In this document: in pieces, positions 23,853 through 36,400 of the stretch | Position numbering within the stretch: position 1 is the first letter of the stretch | How the letters are laid out: every line of letters starts with the position of its first letter | DNA from: Balanoglossus misakiensis | Taxonomy: Eukaryota > Animalia > Hemichordata | DNA: 64,000 nt | NCBI GenBank assembly: GCA_040954595.2 | Contig: CM082589.2 | Coordinates: 2,225,498-2,289,497 of the forward strand | Direction: 5' to 3' | Translations under genes and position numbers: made by a program | Notes under the pieces: generated by a model | What the model was told of the DNA's origin: nothing | The model's input: the letters and a program-made list of their open reading frames with translations, nothing else | Database searches by the model: none

Positions 23853-26501
23853 CATACATGCATTCGTCAGAATGTGTGAGTAATTCATCTCACACCAAGC
23901 AAGGAGCTTGGGGCCATTATATGCATTACGAATCATAAATATAAAGGTTATATTACCCCTCCCTGAACGAAAGAAGAGCAGTTTAAAACATATTTGATGG
24001 AAAAGTATGACATTTTGACATTTGTAGACTATGATGGTGAAAAGCACGGCCACAAATCAAACTCCGATAACGGCATAAACAAAATGTGGGTGTTTTGAAA
24101 CATGACAAACACTTTCGAAAATGGTGACATTAATTCAGTGATAATGTTTCTGCCTTTGAATGTTGCGTATATAACTTATTACGTTAGGCGGTATCGATTC
24201 ATTCTAAACACACTTGCGTTTTCACTCGATCGTGCTAACGTTAACCAAACAGATCTGTAAGGTTCAATTTGATTAGGGATTCCTGTTTGTTTGTCGTTCT
24301 TAGCTCCGCGCTAATGCACCGTACAGCGGTGTCAGTGAACACAGGCATTTTAGAACACCAACAAAAAGCAATGACCGAGAATTAACATCATCCTGTTTAT
24401 TTTTCGAGCGTCTTCCATTGTTCACGAAATTGGTTTCCCTAAATTTCGTCAGGAGATTTTGTGAGGCAGCTAAACTGAAATACGGGCGTTCCTGTGCGTT
24501 TCCTCTTATGCAAATTACGAAGAGGTAATATTTGGCGCGTGTCAAAAGTCTATACGAAGTCACTCGCCATGCGAATTTCCAAGAAATGGCGGAGCATGTC
24601 AATGCGATAATTTTCTGGGGCTCATAAAAAGTGGCATTTCACTGGTTGAGTGTGAACCGTTAAACTTGAAGCCTAAGGCCATTATTTCAGTCCCTGTCAA
24701 TGTCCTCTGCACCAAAGATTGCTATAACATTCATATTTTTGATATATGATGCACACGTTTAATAATACATGGGTAATAAAATAAACACTCTATTACTGAG
24801 TGTACGTTTAGAACATAAAAACCCCACAACCAGTCATCAAGTCTGTAGAATGAGATGTCTTGTAATAATAATTACTTCCGAAGCAATAAACCACCTCTGT
24901 TTTATGTAATAAGTCCAAAAAGAGGGCTAGTGCTATCCCGAAATGCATCCTGGGACTTCAGGGACATCCTGCAATTTTGGGTGTCAACAACAGTTGCCAT
25001 AGCAAGGAAAACGTCAGTGCATTAACTGGAATGAAATCCAACACCGCGTTAATATACCTTAAAAACAAGCCTTGGTTTCATGAAACCCAACTCTCGCTTT
25101 TTAACGATATACATTAGAACAAATTCTCCGACGCGGCCGATGAATTAAAAAGTTACCGAAATCGATACGGTCCCTTTTTAATTTGTCTGCCATAACATCG
25201 ATTTTTAACAGGCTAATAAACCACAACAAGTTCGATCCAGTAATTGTTCTGCTGAAACAACTTTGTAGATCACAATCCAGGTGAAATTAAGGGAATACAA
25301 TGTATACATTGTAGATAAGAAGAAAAATAAATTGAGTTTATTTGGTTGCTGACCGCCACTTGCAAGGGATTATGTTTTGCAGGTATGGCTTCAGGCACGC
25401 TTTGCATAACTTTGCATATGAATAGCAACATTACAGGTGTTCCATTCGCTAGGCAGACACGGAACTTTCAGAACCAAAACGGACTTCTGGTATTTAGAAA
25501 CCAGTATTAGCATTAGTACTAAAACACAATTTAATTTCAACGACTGTCTTATATATAGTGCGCATGCTTGCTGGGGTCTCATCTCCACATCTTCAATTCG
25601 CGCCCGCGTCTATTTGGCGATGCAACTCCAACAAGTAATGATAACGTAATTAATACAAGTAGCTACATTTGTGGCGAGTGCTGTGATGGATGCAAAGCTA
25701 TTAATTAGGGCGTTAACCCTTAATCGACAAATGGCATGCGTAAATTAATAATGAGTGTGCTGTTGAATTTGAATTTTAAATCATCATGTTGGACAGTATT
25801 GGGGTGGGATACTTTGCCATCCAAATATACAATTCACAAGTCAGTTTTGGGTTTAAAAATATGTATTTGACCGCTAACAAAATTCTCTACTTGGATCTAT
25901 AGCATATAAAGTACTAATTTAATAGTATTGAGTTATGACATTCGTCATCTCTCGCCCGGATTCATCGACACCGGAAATGATGCAAGCAATGACCCCAAAC
26001 TCCCGCGTAAACTGTCACTTCCGATAAAGATAAATCAATTGTCTTCCGCACAAAGGAGATGTGACGCAGATCTTTAACCGCGTTACCGTTTCGGCGATAT
26101 GCAATCAAATTTCGGCGATACAGACGACAGACGCAATCAAGGCTTACTCGCCATAAGCTAACATATGTCGATTTCCGACCATGTCAATTTCAGAGCTGCA
26201 AAACGAAATTTACATTTTGATGCGTTCACTCTCTGTCAACGAGAATCAACGACATTTGGTGTGACCCAAGCTGTCAAACAATATTACACAGTTATTCTTT
26301 TATATTTCCCGTTCCCCTTAAAATGCCGGCACAATTCTCGTTCGGTTCCTTATCTACTATATGGTTTAACTGCACTAGTTTTCACGTATGTGTAGACCTA
26401 CTTGCATACTTATTAGTATTTTCTATGATGGTTAAAATGAAAACGGGATAAATTTTAACTATAGCAAGTGATTAAAAATTACATTATTTGAAGAGAGACA
26501 T

Positions 26502-26538
26502 GCAGGCAGGCAAGCAGGCAGGCAGACAGACAGGCAGG
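26502..26538. repeat. Short CAGG/CAGA tract (CCTG family, opposite orientation)
   Basis: gcaggcaggcaagcaggcaggcagacagacaggcagg. Confidence 0.9.
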
Positions 26539-28142
26539 AATATCTTTGATTTGCAGTTCACCAAACTTGCACACAAAAATAGCGACGCACTGTTTAGAAA
26601 TCTCGCGATGTAAAGGCAACGCTAGGCATGAAGAGGAGCTTGGGCGTGGTCTCGCCATAGGACAAATAAACTAAAAGTAACAAGACTTGAAGTGGGTCCC
26701 GACATACAGGGGACAGAGAGGGATTGGTATATTTCAAACGGACCACGGATTCCGTGTACACACACGCACACGTGTATTCCCTGGCAATTTGAATCCGAAG
26801 CGTAGTTGAATTGCAGGCTTTCATCACAACGACAAGGGTATGGGCACACGTGACAGACACAATTCAGAGCATTGCTGCCATAAACCAAGATCAATAATTC
26901 AGCGTGTACTTGGTCTGTACCTTGGCAATGAAACGTGTTTGATTGTCCTTTCTCTCTCGTTCACACAAAAGCTGGGGAGGGATATGAAAGGGTACTTAAA
27001 CAACGCTGTTTGTTTTGCTTTGTGTCAACGTGAACGACTTTCACTTGCGACCTTGATACAAGTACAATATACTTTTTGTGACTTTACTGTTATCACCGAA
27101 GATATCAATGGAATTACTCCTGGTCTGACAGCTAGCCATGTGTGCATGATATAGTTCTCGGTCACGTGATTTTCAGATTGCAAATAACACCCTTTTTTCG
27201 ATTATGAGACTGGAGAACGAATGTCTCGCTACTTCAGTTGACTTTATGAGCGTATTATTAAAACTTTCCAAAACTACTGATTAAAAATTACTATAATAAT
27301 CATCTGAACCACAGAAAGCTAGCTGTATGCGCGTATGGATGGAAGCATTTCTTCTGCGTTGTATTTTCTCTTCTCGGCGCGCACATGCATGGTTCGTGCG
27401 CAAGATGAAACCTGGGCACAGATGGCCTTATAAATATTAACCGATTCCCCCAAACCCCTCGGGTATTGTACATCAAGTACTAGTAATAATACTTCATAAA
27501 GAACGGGACGCAGTTGTAGTTGCATTAAAATGCGCGGACGCAGCGACACTGCGGACGTGTATATGTAGCTTTTAACGCAACGGCAATTACTGGACGCGAT
27601 CTCGGCTTACATGGCCGTCGACAACCCGGCGAATGAATCGGGACTTGGGTTACACATGGCATAGTCATCACCGCACCCGCGAGCTACCTCGCCCAACAAA
27701 ATTCCTATAATTTCTAGTATAGATTAATTTGTTAACTATAGAATATTTAATATGAGAATTAGATTTAGGTGGGAGTGCTGCGATGAAGCAACACGCGGGC
27801 GCGTGACTCAAGTTTCGCCTGCAGGCGTCTTCAATCAATGTATTGTAGCCGGTGACTCGCGCGATAATGTGAGTATTTGGCGGAGAAGCGGCGTTCCTTT
27901 CATCTGAAGAAAGCGCCTTGCTTTCTGAAGGTGTAAGTATCATCATCTCCGCGCTTGTACATTTCAGGTTAAGCTTGCGTCAGAGACTTCAGCGCATCTT
28001 TAGCTAACAACGCACCGCTATTTGTTACAGGGTCTCTACCAGCTGCTCTGAACGACGGACAGTGCGTACATTCCATGTAGTAGAAAAAAAAACCTACAAG
28101 TTCTTTTACCGCCCGGCGCTGTCAATAATTTGACCAAAGACA

Positions 28143-28175
28143 GACTCTGAATCATTACTGGACTCTGAATCATTA
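28143..28175. repeat. Direct duplication of GACTCTGAATCATTA (18-nt period)
   Basis: Copies at 28143-28157 and 28161-28175. Confidence 0.9.
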
Positions 28176-29500
28176 ATGGAGCAATCGCGTCGTTTCACAT
28201 CCACTAATTGTTGGTTTCAATCATTTTTTCCGCCGATATGAACAACAATGTTTGAAACGGGATTATTGGCCCATGCTTACAGTTCATATTGGTCAGCACT
28301 TTAATAACAGCAATTTTGACATGCGCTTTTTGATCAAATCTCTCAGTAATAAAAGAGTGGACCACTTTTCTCGACATGGTTCCTGACATGATAAGTTTGT
28401 TAAAGCAAAAACGGTAGTCTATTGGTATTCTCGTGACAAGCTATGCCAAACTATCCAAGAAATTGACAGATAATAAAAGTATGTGGCTGGGATCCCATCG
28501 GTGGTATCAAAAATTCATTTCGTCGTATTCAATTTTTCAATTTCCTGACAAAGAAGGCGGACAGTTCCCAATTACGGACAACAAAGAACACTTTAATCTG
28601 GCGGAATCGTCCTTCCTTTAAAGGCATTTTACTTTGATGGCGTTGCAGCAGCATCTTTATTGTCAATGAATCTTGAAGATGGCGAATATAAAAAAATGCA
28701 ATTTGCGGAGGTTGACCTTTCGCAAAATACAGTGGATCACTAATGGTCCCACCATACCCCCGTAGTAATCAATTCATATCTCTACTTTGTGACGGAGCTC
28801 GCGAGCAATAAATCGTACTTTGGCGCCAAAAAATATACCGGGCTGAAAGACTGGAAATTTTCATTGAAGACACGGCAACTAATTTAAATTTTGATAACTT
28901 AACCTTGTTTGTGAGTGGGGGAACGGTCTGGGACGTTTGCGCTCCCAGAGGACTTGGCTACCAAAGCTGGATGACCTTAATCGATGTATTAAATGGCTTT
29001 GCCTCGTATTTTCACTATATTTGGTACTCTTATTTCTCGCTCGCGTTGCCGCAAACGTTGCTCTAAAACACGATGATCAAATTTTAAAATCAATTAATTT
29101 AAATGTACTTTTTCGGATTATGTCAAAATAATCCCGCTTATTACACATTTCCTAAAATCTGCATCGACATCGAAGTCCTGATGAAATTTGCTTCTAAACA
29201 CCGGACGTAACCCCTATGACCTGCTATGCTGTTTCTAGAATTGTTTTTATAAACACTGTCGACTTTGATTCAATTACACCAAACAATTCAGTAAATCAAT
29301 AGACAAAAACTTGAATGTAGTACAATGAAAGTTAACGAAATCAGACAAGGTAAACGAAGGAACACGATGGAACGAAATAAACAACATACTAATGATTACA
29401 TTGAAAAGAATTATATCTTTAATCTGAATTATCATATTCAAAGTTCTATAGAATTTCGATCGACAGGGCTACGTTCTACCCCTGTCATGTAAAAGATTCC

Positions 29501-29506
29501 TTTATT
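29501..29506 (-). terminator. Candidate bHLH polyadenylation signal
   Basis: AATAAA on - (TTTATT on +) about 760 nt after the stop, within a U-rich (sense) 3' region. Alternatives exist, e.g. 28656-28661. Confidence 0.35.
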
Positions 29507-30177
29507 GGGTGATTAGCAAATTGAACCGACCATACAATCACACTCGTGTTTCAGAAAACGCTGGATTTTTTACTTCTAATCTCTGTTTGCTATCTTTTTG
29601 GCGGAAAAGTCACTTTAATAATAAAAAAGAATCAAGACCTATGACAGACGAAATAGTGATAAACTTTTTTACTCAATCGCTCAAACGGAAAAGTTAAATT
29701 ATTTTTTTTGAAACGGTAAGGAAAGTAAACATCTCCGATTAAGAGGAAATTTACATAAATTGCGAAAATGACTTAGGCATATTCAAACACTGCGCTCAAA
29801 GAAACGTATCAATTATGATGAAATTGATCATTGAAAGGACTACACTAACCAAAGTGTGAGCCGTTTGATGGCTTTCCACGCTCCAAAACACACGCATTGT
29901 TTGTCACTTTTTTGTAAAGAAACTTCGGTCACCTGGGCCCCCATGGTTGAGCAGTCTTTTGCATACAGAGAAGGGTGTCAACGCGATTGGTGTCTGTTCT
30001 GTTCTGTCCCGTTCTCTCCTCTTTCGGTCTCTTCCTGTCCTTCTCGGGTGATGCTATCGACGTATCACAGAAAATAAACTCATCGATGTTGGGGCCATTG
30101 ATGATCTAATCTGCTGATAGACTCGTCTGTCAGTGGCGTGTGTTATTACCTTGTCGTGGTGGTACGATCTGCAGCTG

Positions 30178-30199
30178 TGGGATGGGATGGGATGGGATG
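30178..30199. repeat. (TGGGA)4 in the bHLH 3' UTR
   Basis: Directly visible; four G3 runs on + (G-quadruplex consensus). Confidence 0.85.
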
Positions 30200-30263
30200 T
30201 CCGTTGTTGGTTTCTCTACTACTTTGGTTGTTGTCGTCGTTGATTTTGTTGTTTTTCCCACCA

Positions 30264-30965
30264 TTACGAACACGGCTTGTCGCCACACTCCTTGCACAAA
30301 TGCGGTGCCGGAACCGACGTAGGCGTCGCCGCGCTCTGAAATAAAGCGGCGCTGGTCTTATCGGCAGGGGTGATGCGGCTGTACGCGTAACTTTCGTAAG
30401 CGGGCATCGGGGGCAGTGACGCCTGTGCCTGGTTCATGTAGTTCACCATTCGTCGCATCTCCTCCAGCGCATTGGCTTGCATGAGAATGTAGTTCTTAGC
30501 CAGCAGTAGGGTGGCGATTTTGGACAGCTTTCTGACGGACGGACTGTGCGCGTACGGGATGACCGATCGGAGATCATCCAGCGCGTCGTTCAAATCGTGC
30601 ATCCTTCGCCTTTCTCTCGCGTTGATGCCCAGCCTGACTCCTCGCTGGACGCGGATCTTTTTATTGCCCGACTTGACATTGTTTTTCTCGTTTTGCAACA
30701 CGTCCCTGTCCTCGCCGCTGTTTTCCGCCTGGCTGGACGACCCGCACTCGTCGTCGAACCCGTGTTCGGTGCCGTCAGTCCCGGCGGGCGACGCGTCCAG
30801 CCTCGGCGCAAAGTCTCTGTTTTCCTTGTCCGATAGTTTTGGAACACTCGTCATCATCATCTGTGCGCGATGACTCTCTCCGTCCACAACAATAATCTCC
30901 TCTTCCCCAGTAGTGCACTTGTCGTAGTAACTTTCCCGGACGAACTCGCATTTAGCCGCTTCCAT
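30264..30965 (-). CDS. BHLHE22: Beta3 / class E bHLH protein 22/23-like transcription factor (Olig-related), intronless, 233 aa
   Basis: The bHLH domain [62 protein letters not shown] is diagnostic of BHLHE22/23 (YAHSPSVRK; MQA after helix 2). The C-terminal CKECGDKP resembles the BHLHE22 CxxC tail. Good start context aacATGG. Probably a pro-orthologue of both vertebrate genes. Confidence 0.95.
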   Translation of the reverse strand: MEAAKCEFVRESYYDKCTTGEEEIIVVDGESHRAQMMMTSVPKLSDKENRDFAPRLDASPAGTDGTEHGFDDECGSSSQAENSGEDRDVLQNEKNNVKSGNKKIRVQRGVRLGINARERRRMHDLNDALDDLRSVIPYAHSPSVRKLSKIATLLLAKNYILMQANALEEMRRMVNYMNQAQASLPPMPAYESYAYSRITPADKTSAALFQSAATPTSVPAPHLCKECGDKPCS

Positions 30966-31049
30966 GTTGTCGGGTATATAATATCACCGTGGAGTCGACA
31001 ATCTCCACCAAAAAATGCGGGGTCCTCCGTAGTCGGTGACCGATCCTAA

Positions 31050-31262
31050 TGGTGCGACTGGTGGTCTGACAGTTGGCTTTTATGCAAACAGCCCGCCCAA
31101 CTCCGGCTATAAAAACAGACACCAAAAGCAAGTATTGTTAGCGAACGGTTTTCGGGAACCGACTTCAGTCTGTCAGTCGTGAGTCAAATGAGCCAATCAG
31201 ACTTCGTAATTGATTAATCACATTAGGAACGCTGACGTGACGGAGTCGCTTCTGATTGGCTG
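31050..31262 (-). promoter_or_regulatory. Proximal promoter of the bHLH gene
   Basis: Minus-strand TATA variant CATAAAAG (31084-31077), GC box at 31091-31098, AP-1 TGAGTCA at 31180-31186, CCAAT boxes at 31191-31201 and 31251-31261, CRE-like TGACGT at 31233-31238. All lie 110-300 nt upstream of the ATG. Confidence 0.65.
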
Positions 31263-33213
31263 ATCCCGGTGCTTTGGCTACTTTAGCGCTCATGGTTTGT
31301 TTTAATGTCACCGGTGGAAGCTGGCGGCTGAACACGCCGATAGAAAGACAGTAAACTAGTAGCTGCAACGCCATCACTGTTATGCCAACGTGTCGGAGAC
31401 CAGAATGCCAGCGACGTCCCGTTAATCGATCGCCCTGGTAACATTAGGGATGGACGTGACTTTCTGTTTTTTTTCTGATATCGCTACTTTTGTTTGGTTT
31501 TCTCTCCTAAACCCCGCATCAATTAGATCTAACTTTCTTTAATAAGAATGGGGTTCTCGTAAAGTTAAAGAAATATTGCTTTATCAGGGTTTTATATGCG
31601 GGGGGGGGGGGCAAGCCATTTTCCGACCCACATACATGTACGACATATACAATGAAGACATAGGTATAATTTGTCAAACTACGGTGCAAACGTGTGAGAC
31701 TATATATCGCTCAGAGACAAGGATGGTGTTGATCTTCGTTTCTCACTTTCATTTGTCTCCGTTTGAAACTCGGCTTGTGATTAGACGGAGCAGTGGCGCT
31801 AGTCCGGCGAGAAATTCGACGGCAATTCGGTGAAAAAAAATCGACCAGCGGCGAGAATTGTGATTGGCACGCGCGCGCCCGTGTTCACGACAATCGGCTA
31901 TTTTGTCTGGAAATCATTGGAAATATAATCTCGACTAAGAGGATTCTAATCTAGTTAATTCTATTAGAATTTCAGAGCCGAATATCAACATCTCTTTATG
32001 CGTGTTCAATTGCTTGCGTGAGCGTGTAGTAATTGAGTGCAGAGTCTGAAATGTGGGAGACCAGTTCGCTTATTGAGGGGAGACGTTTCGCGATTCACTA
32101 GCTATTAGCATATGCCTCCCATATGTCCACCGGTAGTGCAACAAACACCGTCACACGTTCTCAACGGCTCTCTCTTCCTTGGCAATTCGTACACCTCCCT
32201 GTGTCTTCATCTTTTGCGGATTGATTTTTATCGCTTTCAGGGTGCAGTTGTCGACAGAATTTCCAGTGGCGATAAAAGTAGGGTGTCTGCGGACGCCATC
32301 TGCAGTTGGGCGGTATTTAAGTTCCTCGCCTGGTCCTTGGAGACCACGGCTAAAACCATCTCCATCGTGCACTCAGCCTCCACTGCAATCTGTCTTCCAG
32401 TTTTCCACTTTTTCGGTGCAGTTCGTCCTCCGGAACGGAATTATCGCCTTCGGAAGCGCGTCCTCTGTCACCCGGCGAGTACGATCTCCGCCGGCGGCGA
32501 AAAACGAGCGGCGTTCCGGGCGACGGAAAAAAAACTTACCACCTCCGGCAAGTTTTCCAACAATCAAAAGAGACGCAGCATTTCGCGTCGGGTCGGCCAG
32601 TGCTCAGCGCGCGGCTCTGCAAACACAGCATCACTCACTTTTGAAGCACTCCAAACTAACGAGGGTAAATGTTTACCCTCTACACATGGTGAACAGTCAG
32701 CAGTGTTGGCTATGCACTCGTTTGTACAATTAGGGTCCTATTTGGCGGATGAGGCTCGTGAGTAGTGGCTGTGATATGCTGGATAAACATGCCCGAAATT
32801 AATGCATATACGAGACGCGCTCTCCTCCGCCAATTAAGCACATATTCATGTCATGTCCATTTCTCTTGAAATGTACACATTTTATAGGGAGTCCAACTCG
32901 CGGCAGAGGGATTCTAAACTGTCCAGTTTTTAATTGATCGTTTCGAATTGGTGGAGATCTAGATTAAAATTGACGTGTAGAACCATTATGAACTTATACC
33001 TGTACATAACGCAAGTGAAGTTCCCCGGATGTTACTATCGAATCGAGGGGTATGGCTTCCATGTCGATTTGCATTTTAAATTCTGATTGGCGAAACAAAT
33101 TTTACCGGAGAGAACTTGTGAAAACGACCCGTTGATCATAAAAAAACGCAGTTGTTACCCAAAAAGACAGTCATTCACATTAATCGACCCCAATACATCC
33201 ACATAACACAATA

Positions 33214-33271
33214 TGCCTGCCTGCCTGCCTGCCTGCCTGTCTGTCTCTCTGTCTGCCTGCCTGCCCGCCTG
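33214..33271. repeat. Short CCTG/TCTG/CCCG tract
   Basis: Same unit types as the 14.4-17.3 kb array. Confidence 0.9.
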
Positions 33272-33359
33272 TTCAAACTATCTACCTGTGAGTTTTCGAA
33301 TTCAGGAAAATTGAGAGACCGCCAGAAAAGTATTTCTTAATGAGGGATGCAACCGGAAG

Positions 33360-33402
33360 TCATCATCATCATCATCACCACCATCATCATCAATGATCAT
33401 CA
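33360..33402. repeat. Imperfect (CAT)n microsatellite
   Basis: Directly visible. Confidence 0.85.
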
Positions 33403-36400
33403 ACACAAGTAGCAATTCAGGACAAAATGTAAACTCTAATGAATTAATTATGTTAATGACAAACAGGTTGACTGAGGTCAAAGTTTATTTTGATTGGCAA
33501 TTTGAATGAAGTAATCCTCAATCTAACCCAGAATTATCTCTCTGCACGGGAAGACAATACGCCAGTTATATCATAATACACGTATTGCTGGAGTTCTGTT
33601 TTTTATTGAAATAAAATTGGCAATTGTCAGGGGAGGCAAGGAAATCTGAACAATGACAATCATAAGGGTATTGTCAATTTCAGTGCCGTTTCTTTCTCGC
33701 TATTTCAATTGCAGAAGTCGCGTGCCCGCGTGCGTTTCATTCACTCGAGTCACGTGCCCAACCTGTACGAAGGGACGGCTGTAGCATATGGGACCCGCTG
33801 TACTAGTCCTCGCTACACGTGTTACAGATTTCCCCTTAAAATAAACGGACTTCTACAATTCAATTGCCGCCCACCTCCTTTGACGGGGCTTTGTGTGGCA
33901 ACAGTGGCCAGCGGAGTCGATCTCGAGAGCCCGCCATTAAAAAGCGGCCACCACTTCGGCACAATTTATTGCCGGGGTAATTCACACGTATACCCGAACT
34001 TCGGCAAACTTCTTCAAATTTGAACAGCCCTTCCATCCCACCTCTCTGAAAGGATCCGTTTGCTCGTGCTCGTAAACTGAAGTGGGTTGTTGCCTCCAAT
34101 GACGTGTAATTGAATTTAGGATGAGGGGAAATAAAGTTATAACTACCGGTGAACGAGCCGGGTATTTGGGAACGCGTGGTGAGCGCGCGGAAACCATGAT
34201 AGTCCATCAAGAAACGCAAAGGATTCTGGGGCGAAGGGTGGCGTCATAATGTGAAAAATCTCGGTGAAAAAATGATCGTAGTGTGTGTTTTTTCCCCTCT
34301 TTGGTCTGTGCCATTAGGATGTCGCAGCTGAGAGTTTAACAGCGAGATGGGCAACTAGTCAGAAATACATTAAGTTAAAAAGATTGATCGTGAATCAAGA
34401 GATCTGGGTCGAAACAGGAGACATGATAGCTTTAACAGAAACAAAGACAGCGGAACTATAACTGAGCGATTGCGCTGAATGAAGTATAAACCCGGCGTCA
34501 ATTTTATCCTTTCATGTTGGCCTGGTCTTTATTTTTTGTTTCACTGCACGGGAAAATAACGAATAATCGGCGGGGCCGCGTCTAATTATCGACATGAGTT
34601 TAGTCAACCGTCACGTTGTGTCGACTATTAATATGTAACTTTGCGAAATTGCAGTATATTTTAAGAATGAGCCACAATTCAGTTTTTAACACACCCCACT
34701 GCACACACACGGAAGTTTTTAACTATTAAAAACGCGAACTGGTGTTTCGTTACATGCATCTTGCGGTTTTATTTTTCACAGCGCGTGCCCGCAGGTTTCT
34801 GTAACGCTTGGTCAGAGAGTTGTTTGAAAAAAAAATAACCACGGAAGACATGTGATAAAAGTGTACACATGAGTTTTGCGACACGGAAGACAGGCTACGA
34901 TTTTGTGAGCTGTTGACAGATTATTAGGGAACTCACAGGCGGAAACAATATAGCACTGGTGAAGGGGGGGGGGTGAGGCCAACATCCCATATGTCGATTT
35001 CGTGGTGCAACCAGGAGCCGAACAGTTTCAACGGATAATCAGAGGGTGTTTGTGGTGGTTTAGTGCGTGTATACGCGTCTTTACTCGTCACGTCGCCGGA
35101 ACAGCTGTCCCGAAACTTTGCCATCCTTCTTCTTTTTAGAGAAAAATAGACCCCTATTTGAAAGAAAAGGGCGAACAAACGTGGAAGTTTTCCGAAAGTA
35201 ACACTGCGTCGAGGAACAATTGTTTGGAGAATTTACATGAGAAAAGACGCGGAAAAACAAGACCGCTTCCCTGCAACATATGGCCGGCCTAAACGACATT
35301 GAAAGACGAAATTAAGTTGAATTTATTAGCATATCAGGCGAAAAGATCAATGGATAAAGAATGAGTGCGTCAAGGCCGGGCTGATCGGAGACTTGTTTTA
35401 AAAAAATCATTCTGACGACACAATCCTCCCAGAAAGACAATCTGTATTCGTTCTCCGCATAATGACATTGTTTTCGCGTAATGTTTCAAAAAGTCCAAAC
35501 TTTTTCTTGTTCGGGTTAGCGTCACAGGAGTTTGATATACATGTATACCACAAATTAAATTCACACATGGGTCGCATTGTACAAAAATAGCACACAGTTT
35601 GTTAATTACCCAAATTGGTTTATATGGGCCGGTCGATTTCGAAATGTTAATGCGGTCCCTGACGACAACGCCTTACTGTCAGTCGCGAAAGGCAAATTTT
35701 ACCAAATGTGTACAATCGCTGGATATTGGACAGTGCCCGCAACACATTATTCAAAAGTTCTCGTATGAAGTTCAAAGATCATCATTAATAACCAATCTGT
35801 CCGTCAGTTGAAGTCGGAGTACATATACATATATTTCTGCACACGTGGGATATATATCCAATCTCTCCCAAATTATTTAACATTTGATGCACAACTATAC
35901 ATGTACGAATAAATTTATGAATGAACTTTCTAGCTTGGGGCGCCATTATTACACATATGAGTTATATATAAATCAAACTGAGCTTGTTGCGCTCGTATTG
36001 AAGTAAACAGAATACGCCACCAGTCCGGGAGTTCAATTTAGATCGAGTCGGAAAACGTGCCTGTTTTGAACGCCCCGGGGCTGACTCGTGCGGTGCGTGT
36101 TCAAAAGCCACGATCCAAGCTCAAATGACGGTGCACCTCAGAACGTGTGCATGGTACATCGATGCAGGTACATTGAAGGTTGCCGTTGTAACATGCACTT
36201 TCATGAGATATATCTACAACGTACTTGCTACAACTACGTGCATGTTCACAAGAATAGACATGATAAAGCCGATCTACTCTAATAAATCATGAATGTATAG
36301 TAATGTATGATTGGTTTTTTGTCAAAATGGCTGTCATAAATTCACAACAATGTTGTGTTTCTTCTTCCAAGAATAACACAAGGGAATTACAGAGCCCTTG

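Noticed and set aside
30511-30873. ORFs overlapping the bHLH CDS in other frames and strands
   Set aside because: Shadow ORFs of a GC-rich coding sequence.
32112-32765. 217-aa and 184-aa + strand ORFs upstream of Beta3
   Set aside because: Overlapping frames in CpG-rich DNA with no recognisable domain. More likely regulatory or lncRNA sequence.
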